A stretch of 64,000 nucleotides of DNA, from NCBI GenBank assembly GCA_964525415.1, contig CAZGGZ010000004.1, forward strand, positions 6,758 through 70,757, read 5' to 3'. The notes under the pieces were generated by a model. That model had not been told where the DNA came from. It saw only the letters and a list, made by a program, of their open reading frames with translations, and ran no database searches. Positions 39,401-47,950 of the stretch are shown here, one piece after another (position 1 is the first letter of the stretch; every line of letters begins with the position of its first letter). The translations under genes and the position numbers were made by a program. The stretch is from an uncultured Rikenellaceae bacterium. GTDB taxonomy: Bacteria; Bacteroidota; Bacteroidia; Bacteroidales; VadinHA17.

Positions 39401-40172
39401 CGTCAGGCAATACAACAGGATGGTCGATGAACTTGACATAAGCACGGAAAAACTCACAAATTCGGAAAGGGAATATGCATGGAGAGAGATGGCAAAGCAG
39501 ATAGCACATGAGATCAAGAATCCGCTCACTCCCATGAAGCTTAATGTTCAGCAACTGCTTAAGTCGTGGAAAGACAAAATACCGGATTTTGATAAAAAGC
39601 TTGAGATTTTTTCAAAGAATCAGATCGAACTGATAGATAACCTTTCTTCAATAGCTTCTGCCTTTTCGGCATTTGCCAAGATGCCCGGAACAAGCCCCGG
39701 ACTTGTGAATCTCCTTGAACAGGTACAGACAACCCTGGAGCTTTTCAGGAACACAAGCAATGTGAATTTCCGGGTTCAGTGGCCTCATGAAAGCAAGGTT
39801 TTCATTTATGCCGATAAGGAGCAGCTTAACGGCATCTTCTCAAACCTTTTCAAGAACAGCATACAGGCAATACCCCAGGACCGGCAGGGACTTATCGGAG
39901 TATCGCTCGAAATGAAAGGGGACAAGGTTATTATTGCGGTTGAGGATAATGGAACCGGGATACCTGAACCTCTGCAGAAAAAACTGTTCACTCCTAACTT
40001 CACGACAAAATCATCAGGCACAGGTTTGGGACTTTCAATAGTCAAGAAATATGTAGAAGGTTCAAGAGGAAGAGTATGGTTTGAATCAGAAGCAGAAAAA
40101 GGGACTACATTCTATATTGAATTTCCCCTTATGTACACGGTTGAAAAACCCGGTGAATCTCCTGCGGTGTGA
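36435..40172 (+). CDS. large polytopic sensor histidine kinase (NtrY-like H-box), no receiver domain
   Basis: 1245 aa. An N-terminal TM plus extracytoplasmic domain, a block of about 8-10 TM segments, and further extracytoplasmic domains (the last is Cache-like). After the final TM there is a HAMP-like linker, then the H-box AHEIKNPLTPM (His about aa 1025) and an HATPase_c domain (DNGTGIP, GTGLGLSIVK). Confidence 0.88.
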   Translation: MNRNNRRLFLAISAVILLAGAIISELIYFSDYEYHVRTRRFNKILSEKEKVMEECLNDLKLILANGEPHGSLKEKNLFMLAGGNRITILEYIDNKLIHWSDNGFDVPREIHDDSFYAKPIIFIQNGWFIPRTIQAGNEKIVGLLRVRTDYGFENDIIRNGFERDFKLPQDAGFTTVKDSSGYNIYSAGGDFLFSILFPEIKSNTPLIIIPILFWSLFFIALVLMILALAKIMADRGMNVPGLLISLALFALLYFALLFTSKPEVIFRTGLFSSYHFSLNELIPSLGHLLLLSILGAVFSFCLYKYLPEEPVNSENKLKSLTVMSLFLLAASLFSGVLHHLFIHLVSDSNISFETYRILNLTFYSAAGFCSIFLFSLVPFSLVLKVVRICNDASPGRYALPLIISLVVPAVMFFRDPLSLLVVALFYSILVLLIVVTARKKTADLNITLLFSLLLGLYSLNVITVFSEKKNTEKLKIQALSFSTENDPEAEHLLLDMWPVITSDTILAGMMKADIFAQADGIKIQEDVNSVITYLQENYFAGYWGNFNVNIILCRNDGPLRIGPGRDNLVNCFEFFYGRTKKYGHQLTGTEFYFIDYQAGRAYYIGKLLFDTGHGTTNGLFIELFSNVTIFQSGYSELLLDRKFRGYSGLKDYSFAKYINGKIVLNSGEFAYNKEDDDYIDENNDYRYFNSGYYKHVLYKNGNTTIIISRKRLTTGDMLASFAYLFTFILLFTNLLLLLLRRPDLQKLRNLNFRQKLQLSFIVILLFSFTLIGVVVTSLTINQYKAKHSDTIREKLNSVYIELDNNLAGERNLSNDWRNDTYGSLNEFLVGLSNIFNTDINIYDLNGHLMATSREEIYYRNLTSRRMNIMAFINMETLTKSEYIQTEKVGRMDYLSVYVPFFNADNKLLAYLNLPYFRMQSILAREISNLVVVVINFTLLLILVTMGFAVFLSGRLTSPLSMLGDGLASVKLGRKVEHLSYRGTDEIGDLVRQYNRMVDELDISTEKLTNSEREYAWREMAKQIAHEIKNPLTPMKLNVQQLLKSWKDKIPDFDKKLEIFSKNQIELIDNLSSIASAFSAFAKMPGTSPGLVNLLEQVQTTLELFRNTSNVNFRVQWPHESKVFIYADKEQLNGIFSNLFKNSIQAIPQDRQGLIGVSLEMKGDKVIIAVEDNGTGIPEPLQKKLFTPNFTTKSSGTGLGLSIVKKYVEGSRGRVWFESEAEKGTTFYIEFPLMYTVEKPGESPAV

Positions 40173-40231
40173 CCGGAGCAGGTTGAAAAATACAATTATT
40201 TGGTTATATTAGCGGTTCTTATCAGGCTTTA

Positions 40232-43200
40232 ATGAAGGGAAGTTTTACTGCCAATGTTAAATGGTTGATATTGAGTTTGTTAGTAATAACAGGATTCATT
40301 GAGCCTCTATTTTCCCAGACTAAAATAAGCGGCCCTGTAAACAAGTATGCCAGGGTGAACTCCATCGGAGCCGATTATGTAGTAATTGAAGATGAAATTG
40401 AGTTTGACCAGTTCGCTCCCGGAGATACAGTGCTCCTCATACAGATGAAAGGAGTTAAAATAGAAGGAGCAGAAAATAATTCCTATGGAAATGGGAATCT
40501 GGTTTACGGGAAACCTGGCTACCATGAATTTTTAACAATATCGACCTGTGATGACGGCACTAATACAATAGTGTTCAGAAATGATATTGTGAATACAACT
40601 TTTAGTCTTCTGGGCGACATTCAGCTTATAAAAGTACCATCATATAACTACGTTGTTGTTGACGGAGCACTTACCTGTGAACCGTGGGACAGCCTGACCA
40701 AGACCGGGGGAGTGCTTGCAGCAATAGTTGGAAGAACACTTTCCCTGAATGCAAACATTGATGTAACCGGTAAAGGATTTAAAGGAGGAATCCCAGTTGC
40801 TGGCAGAGGGGAATGTGTGGGATCAAATATCACACTATGGGATAAGTATGCTTTTAATGCCAGCACTGATAGTTCCGGATTTAAGGGAGAAGGCCTTGCA
40901 ATAAAAGTTGATAGAGGCGCTGTACCATATCCTCCTGTTTATCCAAAGTTTGCAAAAGGAAAAGGTGCCAACTTCACCGGCGGCGGGGGCGGAAATGGAA
41001 AATTCACCGGCGGCGGCGGAGGTGCCAATTATGGTGCCGGAGGTAAGGGAGGGCGTGAGCCCGGAACCTGTATACCACCATTGCCAGGGGGGCTTGCAGG
41101 AGTACAGATTGCCTTTACAGGTCTTGACGGAGGGATGTTCCTTGGCAGCGGAGGAGGATCTTCGACTTACACTACCGGTACTCCTGTGCCGGGAGGAAAA
41201 GGTGGGGGTATGATAATAATTGTATGCGATACACTTAAAGGAAACGGCAACAGCATTCTTGCTGAAGGCGAACACCCCGGTACAGCAAATGGTGCAGCCG
41301 GAGCCGGCGGAGGAGGTGCAGGCGGAACCATTGCAATCTATCTCCAGAGCTATTCCGGGCTGGCTACTTCAGCTCTGATTATTTCTGCCAAAGGAGGTAA
41401 GGGCGGAAGCGTTTCTGGAGCAATTGCTGAAGGTGGTGAAGGTGGCGGAGGAGGTGGCGGACTGATCTCTACGAATAATATTTCACTGCCTGCAAATGTT
41501 ACAAAGAATATCAGCGGCGGCGCCGTTGGTTCCAGACCAGTCACAACATACGGGACGGCAGGCTCGCCTGGCAGTTACATAACGACTTTTGCTCCGGTGC
41601 TTAACGGATTCCTCTTCAACTCAATCCGTTCCTCTGTAACCGGCGACCAGGTTGATTCAGTATGTTCCAATGTTATCCCGCCGGTGATCTCAGGGACAAA
41701 TCCCGCAGGTACCGGCCCGTTTACATATCTGTGGCAGAAAAGCTATAACCTTTCAGGAGCTCCGTCAGCAATTTCAGGAGCAGACTCAAAGGATTACACA
41801 CCAACCGCAACAGAAGCTGACACTTTCTGGATCAGAAGGGTAGTGACTGACCCTTTTGCAACACCGCTCCCTATATCAGATACAAGCAAGTGGGTGAAAA
41901 TCATTGTGCAGCCGGCAATAACAGGCAACCTGGTCGGAAAAGACACCACAATATGCTATGGTCAGAACCCGCTGAGCCTTATACCTCTTAATACAGGTCC
42001 GTCAAAAGGGAACGGAAATTATCAGTTCCAGTGGATCCAGAACAATAATGATGCTGACTGGTCAGGCCCGTCGCTCTGTACCGGAACATCTGATCAGGCA
42101 TCATATGATCCTTCAGCCCTTACAGCCACAACTTATTACAAACGTGTTGTAACTTCAGGCCGCTGTACAGATTACAGCGGAACGGTAACTATCGCGGTAT
42201 TGCCTTCGGTTACTGAAAATGTCACCAACCGTCCTGATTCGGTCATTTGCGAAGGGCAGGTGTTCAATACTCTCGGGGCCACTCTCCCTGTAGGAGGATC
42301 AGGCAGCTATGTATATCTTTGGCAGGACAGCACAGCATCAGTAGAATGGGCTGCTTCACCAAATATAAATACCGGAACAACATACACTCCCGACACATCG
42401 ACCTTTGCTGTTACAGAGCAGAGATACTACAGGAGGATTGTATTTTCAGGTCCCGACAGTGTATGCAGGAGCAACAGCTCTCCCATACTCATGACCAGGT
42501 ATCACTACATTGAGAACAATACGATATCAAAGGATACAACAATCTGTTCCGGATCTGTTCCTCCGGCATTTACCGGCAGCACACCGCTGAAAGGATCAAC
42601 TATCTACACATATATGTGGCAGGATAGTTCAAAAGCTGCATCATGGACCACCCAGGGAACAGTAATAACACCATATGCACCGGCTGCGCTTTCAGATACT
42701 ACCTGGTACCGGAGGATAGTCAATTCATCGAAATGCTCCGATACAAGCAAGGTACTTGTCATTAATGTTCATAAGCCAATAACGAACAATGTTGCGTCAC
42801 TGATCTCTGCGTCAGGCAGTGATACAACCATTTGCAGCGGAGCAGTTCCAAACAAAATAAAGGGAAGTGTTCCGAAAGGAGGGACGGATATACCCGGCGA
42901 CTACGCTTATCAGTGGTCATCTTCAACAGACAATTTAATTTTCACAGATATTGCTTCATCGGCAACTAACGCCAATTACCAGCCAGGAGCGCTGACAACG
43001 ACCACGTGGTTCAGGAGAAGGGCGATCTCCGGGAAGTGTTCTGCTGAAAGCAATACGATAAAAGTGATCGTTCTTCCTCCAATAACCAATAATGTTCTTT
43101 CAAACGATCAGACAATCTGTTACGGAACTCCGCCTGCACAGATAACCGGCACAGCCCTGACCGGAGGAGCCGGAGGAACACCGACATGGATATGGGAACA

Positions 43201-44491
43201 GAGCACCGACGGAGCTTCATGGCTGGCGGCAACCGGTGTAAGCAATGAGCAGAACTATTCTCCTCCCTCGCTTACAGATCCTATGAAATTCAGGAGGATC
43301 ATTCTCTCAGGCCCATATAACTGTTGCATTGATACATCAGGAATAACTCATGTAGGAATTAATCCGCTGCCTTCAGGAGCAATAACTTCAATTAATGATA
43401 CCACAATATGCGGAGGATCTGAAGTAGCACTGAAGGTCAGCCTGACAGGCGCTTCAAAATGGAAGGTCGTTTATAAGCGGAATTCCGCAGAAATTACTGT
43501 AAATGACATTGCATCCTCTGATGTCACCATCAAGGATATTCCTGTACCGGCAGCCTCGATGTCAACTTTCAATTATTCACTGGTCTCAGTTGAGGATCAG
43601 AACGGATGTCTTGCCACTTCACTCACAGGAACCAGGAAAGCAAATGTCTATAGGGTTCCTGTGGCAGAGGCTGGTCCTGATGACGAGGTATGCGGGCCAG
43701 AGTATAGCCTGGCTGCAGTCCCGAGCGACGGGGCAGGAACATGGATATTCCCTTCGGAAGTAGTGGAATCTGCTGTCACCGGTCCGGCGGCAAAAATAAA
43801 AATTGATTCATCATTCACTGAAGCCTACAAAGAGTACAAGTTCTACTGGAAGGAGGTCAACTGGCAGTGTGAAGCAAAGGACTCTGTAAAAATCAAATTC
43901 CATAACCGTATTGAAGATGTAAGTGCCGGATGTGATACCACGCTGTATTCTTTTGATTATATAATGGAGCTGAACGCTTGCCCTATAGAATCTTTCGAAA
44001 CGGGCATCTGGAGCGTGCAGGCAGGTAACGGTAATTTTGATGATGCGGGCTCCGGATCAACGATAGTCAGGGACATATTCAAAGGTCTGAATACTTATAA
44101 ATGGACAGTAACAAACGGTAAATGCGTGCGGGAAGCACTTATCAACATCGACCTTTACGATCTCCTGATACCAGAAGGTTTCTCACCCAATAATGATCCG
44201 GAAGATTATAATAATACCTTTATTATCAGCGGACTGGATCTCAGGAGGAGACTGGTCGGATCAGATTCGGTTCCGTACCAGACAGCTGAACTGACAATTG
44301 TAAACAGCGCAGGAACACAGGTATTCAATACTACGAACAGGGATAACAACGAATGGAAGAACTGGGATGGCAAAAACTCAAAGGGAATTGACATGCCGGA
44401 AGGCACATACTACTACATACTGAAAATAACATCAGATGAGACAAAATCCGTTTTCAGGAAGAGCGGATTCATAATACTTAAACGATATTAA
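40232..44491 (+). CDS. large secreted Gly-rich / Ig-repeat protein with T9SS type-B C-terminal sorting domain
   Basis: 1419 aa with a signal peptide. Gly-rich region at about aa 245-445. Six ~96-aa repeats at aa ~465-1045 (D.TIC.G...Y.WQ.S...YRR.V.S..C). The C-terminal ~95 aa (PEGFSPNNDPEDYNNTFIISGL...WDGKNSKGIDMPEGTYYYILKI...SGFIILKRY) match the gliding-motility-associated / type-B CTD pattern. Confidence 0.85.
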   Translation: MKGSFTANVKWLILSLLVITGFIEPLFSQTKISGPVNKYARVNSIGADYVVIEDEIEFDQFAPGDTVLLIQMKGVKIEGAENNSYGNGNLVYGKPGYHEFLTISTCDDGTNTIVFRNDIVNTTFSLLGDIQLIKVPSYNYVVVDGALTCEPWDSLTKTGGVLAAIVGRTLSLNANIDVTGKGFKGGIPVAGRGECVGSNITLWDKYAFNASTDSSGFKGEGLAIKVDRGAVPYPPVYPKFAKGKGANFTGGGGGNGKFTGGGGGANYGAGGKGGREPGTCIPPLPGGLAGVQIAFTGLDGGMFLGSGGGSSTYTTGTPVPGGKGGGMIIIVCDTLKGNGNSILAEGEHPGTANGAAGAGGGGAGGTIAIYLQSYSGLATSALIISAKGGKGGSVSGAIAEGGEGGGGGGGLISTNNISLPANVTKNISGGAVGSRPVTTYGTAGSPGSYITTFAPVLNGFLFNSIRSSVTGDQVDSVCSNVIPPVISGTNPAGTGPFTYLWQKSYNLSGAPSAISGADSKDYTPTATEADTFWIRRVVTDPFATPLPISDTSKWVKIIVQPAITGNLVGKDTTICYGQNPLSLIPLNTGPSKGNGNYQFQWIQNNNDADWSGPSLCTGTSDQASYDPSALTATTYYKRVVTSGRCTDYSGTVTIAVLPSVTENVTNRPDSVICEGQVFNTLGATLPVGGSGSYVYLWQDSTASVEWAASPNINTGTTYTPDTSTFAVTEQRYYRRIVFSGPDSVCRSNSSPILMTRYHYIENNTISKDTTICSGSVPPAFTGSTPLKGSTIYTYMWQDSSKAASWTTQGTVITPYAPAALSDTTWYRRIVNSSKCSDTSKVLVINVHKPITNNVASLISASGSDTTICSGAVPNKIKGSVPKGGTDIPGDYAYQWSSSTDNLIFTDIASSATNANYQPGALTTTTWFRRRAISGKCSAESNTIKVIVLPPITNNVLSNDQTICYGTPPAQITGTALTGGAGGTPTWIWEQSTDGASWLAATGVSNEQNYSPPSLTDPMKFRRIILSGPYNCCIDTSGITHVGINPLPSGAITSINDTTICGGSEVALKVSLTGASKWKVVYKRNSAEITVNDIASSDVTIKDIPVPAASMSTFNYSLVSVEDQNGCLATSLTGTRKANVYRVPVAEAGPDDEVCGPEYSLAAVPSDGAGTWIFPSEVVESAVTGPAAKIKIDSSFTEAYKEYKFYWKEVNWQCEAKDSVKIKFHNRIEDVSAGCDTTLYSFDYIMELNACPIESFETGIWSVQAGNGNFDDAGSGSTIVRDIFKGLNTYKWTVTNGKCVREALINIDLYDLLIPEGFSPNNDPEDYNNTFIISGLDLRRRLVGSDSVPYQTAELTIVNSAGTQVFNTTNRDNNEWKNWDGKNSKGIDMPEGTYYYILKITSDETKSVFRKSGFIILKRY

Positions 44492-44511
44492 AAAAAGACC
44501 GGCGAAGAAGG

Positions 44512-45474
44512 ATGGGCGGGCTTAGAAATATAATTATCGCTTTACTATTGATCATTCCATGCGGATCATATGGACAGAGTGTCCCTGATTCTGCAAGGAT
44601 CAGTCTCGGTTATCCTGTCTACAGCCAGTACCTGCAGAACGGGCTGGTGATAAATTCCGCATACGCCGGATCAAGGGAAGCTCTATGCGCATTTTTATCA
44701 TACAGAATGCAATGGATGGGAACACACGGAGCACCTGTTATTCAGTCTGCTTCACTTCACTCACCGATGAAGAACGAAAAAGTAGCTCTTGGACTGAAGG
44801 CCCAGTTCATGCAATACGGCGTAACAAAATCAACAAGCATCTTTGCAATGTATGCATATCATATAAGAGTCGGAAAGGGTAAGCTTTCATTCGGGCTGGA
44901 AGCTGGTGCCAATATGTCAAATACCGATTATACGGGATTGCTTCTTACAAATGCAGGGGATCCTGTCTTTACAACTGATGAAAAACCTTTTGTTCTGCCT
45001 AATGCCGGAGCAGGTATGTACTATTTCAGCAGAAGGTTTTTTGCAGGTTTCTCTGTGCCATCCTTCCTCAGTTACAGGAGAACCGACCAGGGATTACCCC
45101 AGGCATATCATTCATTCAGTGATTACGAATTCATTGTTTCTGCGGGATGTCTTGTAACATTTTCACCTGCGTTCAAATTCAAACCATCAGTGCTTATTGA
45201 TTATTCGCTGCAGGAGACAAAGAGACTTACACAACTGGATATTAACGGAAATTTTATTATAGCTGACCTGGTATGGGTCGGTGGATCATGGAGGACAACA
45301 GAAGAAGTGATAGTGGGAATAATCCAGGTTCAGCCCACTCCTCAGCTGATGATCGGCTTATCGTATGATTATCCTGCCGGAAGGATGAATTCCTATTCAA
45401 AAGGTTCAAGCGAGTTTATTCTAAGATATGAGTTCGGATCAAAGGTCAGCGCCGCAAATCCGAGGTATTTTTAA
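44512..45474 (+). CDS. PorP/SprF-family T9SS outer-membrane protein
   Basis: 320 aa with a signal peptide. Family N-terminal block YSQYLQNGLVINSAYAGS, beta-barrel-like composition, and a C-terminal SEFILRYEF. Lies immediately downstream of the type-B CTD cargo gene. Confidence 0.85.
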   Translation: MGGLRNIIIALLLIIPCGSYGQSVPDSARISLGYPVYSQYLQNGLVINSAYAGSREALCAFLSYRMQWMGTHGAPVIQSASLHSPMKNEKVALGLKAQFMQYGVTKSTSIFAMYAYHIRVGKGKLSFGLEAGANMSNTDYTGLLLTNAGDPVFTTDEKPFVLPNAGAGMYYFSRRFFAGFSVPSFLSYRRTDQGLPQAYHSFSDYEFIVSAGCLVTFSPAFKFKPSVLIDYSLQETKRLTQLDINGNFIIADLVWVGGSWRTTEEVIVGIIQVQPTPQLMIGLSYDYPAGRMNSYSKGSSEFILRYEFGSKVSAANPRYF

Positions 45475-45478
45475 ATTT

Positions 45479-46903
45479 ATGCTGAAGAAAAACCTGTATA
45501 TAATTATTCTGATATTGTTCCTGGCACCTTCAATGGTCCGGGCACAACAGCCTTCTGTATATCAGGTTACAAAGATGTCATTCAGTTCCGGACCTTACAG
45601 CGAGATATCGCCCGTGATGACGGACAAAGGAATTGTCTTCTGTTCCGACCGGCGTACAAGCGGTATCAAGAACAGGACAACCTTCGAGGGGGAAAGACTT
45701 TACAGCATATTCATAGCCGAAAAGAAAGACACTTCTGACTGGAGCAGGCCTGAAGAAATTAAAAGCGAAAGAAGCCTTCTCTTCAACAACGGCCCTTTGT
45801 GTTTTTCGCCGGATGGCAGTATAGTCTATTTTACAAGTGAAGTAGAAACAGGAAAGATCACCAGGAAGAAGAACTTCGTTAATCACAGCGGTATATTTAT
45901 TGCAGATTACAATGGAACACTTCTGAGTTCCGTCAGACCTTTCCCCTATAATAATCCTCAGTATGAGACAGGTCATCCTTCAGTAAGCAGGGACGGCAAG
46001 TTTCTCTTTTTTGCCTCTGATATGCCAGGGGGGCAGGGAGGATCCGATCTTTATTATTGTGAATGGATAAACGGGCAATGGAGCACTCCGGTGAACCTCG
46101 GTGCCAGAGTCAATTCCTCATCTTCGGAAATCTATCCTTTCATGCATCCTTCGGGAAGGCTCTATTTTTCTTCAAACAGGACTGGCGGGAAAGGAAGGAT
46201 GGACGTTTATTACACAATGCTTACACTTGGAAGCTGGGATACACCTTCACTGTTGCCGGAACCGATAAACTCCCCGTCGGATGATTTTGCATTCGTTGCT
46301 GATGAGAATCTTCAGACAGGCTACTTTTCATCGAACAGGGCAAGAAGTGATGATATATACCAGTTTGCATCTACCATTATACGGAAATCTGCATGTGACA
46401 CGCTGGTTGAAAACAATTATTGCTATGAATTCCTTGAGGAGAATGCTGTGAAATGGGATACTCTTCCGTTCCGGTATGAATGGAAATTCGGTGATGGTGA
46501 GCGCGGCATAGGTGCAACTGTGGAACATTGCTATCAGGGTCCCGGACAATACCTGGTCCAGCTAGATGTTGTTAATCTTGTCACCAAGGAGGTGATGTAT
46601 AATGAAAAAACCATTAACCTTATTGTTACAGATGTTGAGCAGCCATATATTTCATCACCGTCCCAGGGTGCTGTTAGTCAGAGGATGCGGTTCAGCGCGG
46701 ACAGCACCAACCTGCCGGGATGGAACATCGACAGGTATTACTGGAATTTCGGAGACGAAACAATTGCAATTGGCAAGGAAGTTGATAAGACATATTTAAG
46801 ACCCGGAACCTATAATATACAGCTGATAGTATCAACTGCGCCGGAACCGGGGGGAATTGTGAGAGAGGCATGCGTAAGTAAAAATATTATAATAGTACGC
46901 TGA
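45479..46903 (+). CDS. secreted PD40 (TolB-like) repeat protein with two C-terminal PKD domains
   Basis: 474 aa from the ATG at 45479, with a signal peptide. About five PD40-like repeats (FSPDGSIVYFTS, VSRDGKFLFFASD..GGSDLYY, PSGRLYFSSNR.GG.GRMDVYY, GYFSSNRARSDDIYQF). Two PKD-like modules (WKFGDGE...GPGQYLVQLDV and WNFGDET...PGTYNIQLIV). No OmpA_C domain. Confidence 0.8.
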   Translation: MLKKNLYIIILILFLAPSMVRAQQPSVYQVTKMSFSSGPYSEISPVMTDKGIVFCSDRRTSGIKNRTTFEGERLYSIFIAEKKDTSDWSRPEEIKSERSLLFNNGPLCFSPDGSIVYFTSEVETGKITRKKNFVNHSGIFIADYNGTLLSSVRPFPYNNPQYETGHPSVSRDGKFLFFASDMPGGQGGSDLYYCEWINGQWSTPVNLGARVNSSSSEIYPFMHPSGRLYFSSNRTGGKGRMDVYYTMLTLGSWDTPSLLPEPINSPSDDFAFVADENLQTGYFSSNRARSDDIYQFASTIIRKSACDTLVENNYCYEFLEENAVKWDTLPFRYEWKFGDGERGIGATVEHCYQGPGQYLVQLDVVNLVTKEVMYNEKTINLIVTDVEQPYISSPSQGAVSQRMRFSADSTNLPGWNIDRYYWNFGDETIAIGKEVDKTYLRPGTYNIQLIVSTAPEPGGIVREACVSKNIIIVR

Positions 46904-46921
46904 CCCTCGGATTGAAAATAC

Positions 46922-46929
46922 TAATTTTG
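46922..46929 (+). promoter_or_regulatory. candidate -7 promoter box (TAATTTTG)
   Basis: Exact TAnnTTTG match ending 7 nt before the ATG at 46937. Confidence 0.45.
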
Positions 46930-46936
46930 AGGCTTG

Positions 46937-47935
46937 ATGAAACTTGTTAATAAGATATATTTTCTGATCCTTTCTGCCTGTCTGTCAGGATTATTCCTGA
47001 GTCCATATTCATACGGGCAGCCTGTTCCGGGGAAGGATGAAAATATTACAGCTCTTGTCACCTTCGGTAAACAGGGTGAAACTTCATGGGGAGACGATGA
47101 TTTTAACAGTGTATGGTTTTTTGCCATTCCAAGGGATTTCACACAACAGTTTTATATCAGGGTATTTGATCCTGATACCGGTGGAGAGCATGACGAAATA
47201 CAGGGAGAATTCAATACAAGAACTACGTTTTCGGTTTACGGAGGTCAGGGTGTTGATCCGGACAAGAATGAGGAATCGAAGGGATGGATAAACGGCATGA
47301 ATTATAAAGGCGGGAACTTATTGGCTTCAAGGGTTTTCGGAGGGGAACCAAGGTATGATAACAAGTACTTCACCTTCGGGCCGTTTAATCCCACTGCAGG
47401 TGATTTCAGCGCCAAATGGGGGTATATTTTTAAAATCGTATGCGAGGGTACAAGCGGAGATGACGGTAATCTTTACCGTTACTTCCTTAGCCGTGATCCG
47501 GAAAACAATATTCCGATCGAAGGTGCCAATGCATTTACCTATGAGTATACATTCAGGATGTGGAACGATTTCAAAAGCGTTGCGCATGTTTACCCATATG
47601 TTGATACGGGAGTCATATATATCAGACTTAGAAATTTTGACTGGGACAGAGATGGTCATATCCTTGTTGTTTCAAGATACAAGCAGGGTATCGATGCGCC
47701 GATCTCAAACGAAGATGACTGGGCTGATTACAGGATCGCAATTGAACCTAAGGAGGTTGGTTCTTCGCTCGATTTCCAGTTTCATAAAAGACAGGGAGAG
47801 CTGGTAAAAAACAATAATGTTGTTGTTACTCTTGAGAACCAGAGAGGAGATGCATTGCAGTTCTTCAGTTCACCAATAGGAGGAGTGCCTGTTTACCAGA
47901 CAAGTATACAATACAGGAAAGTGAAGCCTAAATAA
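46937..47935 (+). CDS. hypothetical secreted protein (two related beta-rich halves)
   Basis: 332 aa with signal peptide MKLVNKIYFLILSACLSGLFLSPYSYG. Internal similarity between FYIRVFDPDTGGEHDE and IYIRLRNFDWDRDGH. No family recognised. Confidence 0.6.
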   Translation: MKLVNKIYFLILSACLSGLFLSPYSYGQPVPGKDENITALVTFGKQGETSWGDDDFNSVWFFAIPRDFTQQFYIRVFDPDTGGEHDEIQGEFNTRTTFSVYGGQGVDPDKNEESKGWINGMNYKGGNLLASRVFGGEPRYDNKYFTFGPFNPTAGDFSAKWGYIFKIVCEGTSGDDGNLYRYFLSRDPENNIPIEGANAFTYEYTFRMWNDFKSVAHVYPYVDTGVIYIRLRNFDWDRDGHILVVSRYKQGIDAPISNEDDWADYRIAIEPKEVGSSLDFQFHKRQGELVKNNNVVVTLENQRGDALQFFSSPIGGVPVYQTSIQYRKVKPK

Positions 47936-47950
47936 TAACCTGAACCTTAT

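Noticed and set aside
40139-40195. GGTTGAAAAA repeated twice 41 bp apart across the HK stop, and a near-miss ATTATTTG box upstream of the adhesin gene.
   Set aside because: Two short A-rich 10-mers are within chance expectation, and the box deviates from TAnnTTTG at the invariant TA. This is not enough to call a promoter or an operator.
40950-41480. GGC/GGA-rich repetitive DNA that at first glance resembles a tandem-repeat or G-quadruplex-prone array.
   Set aside because: It is in frame within the adhesin gene and simply encodes the Gly-rich module. The repeats are imperfect at DNA level, there is no spacer/repeat architecture, and the G-runs are mostly only 2-3 nt long.
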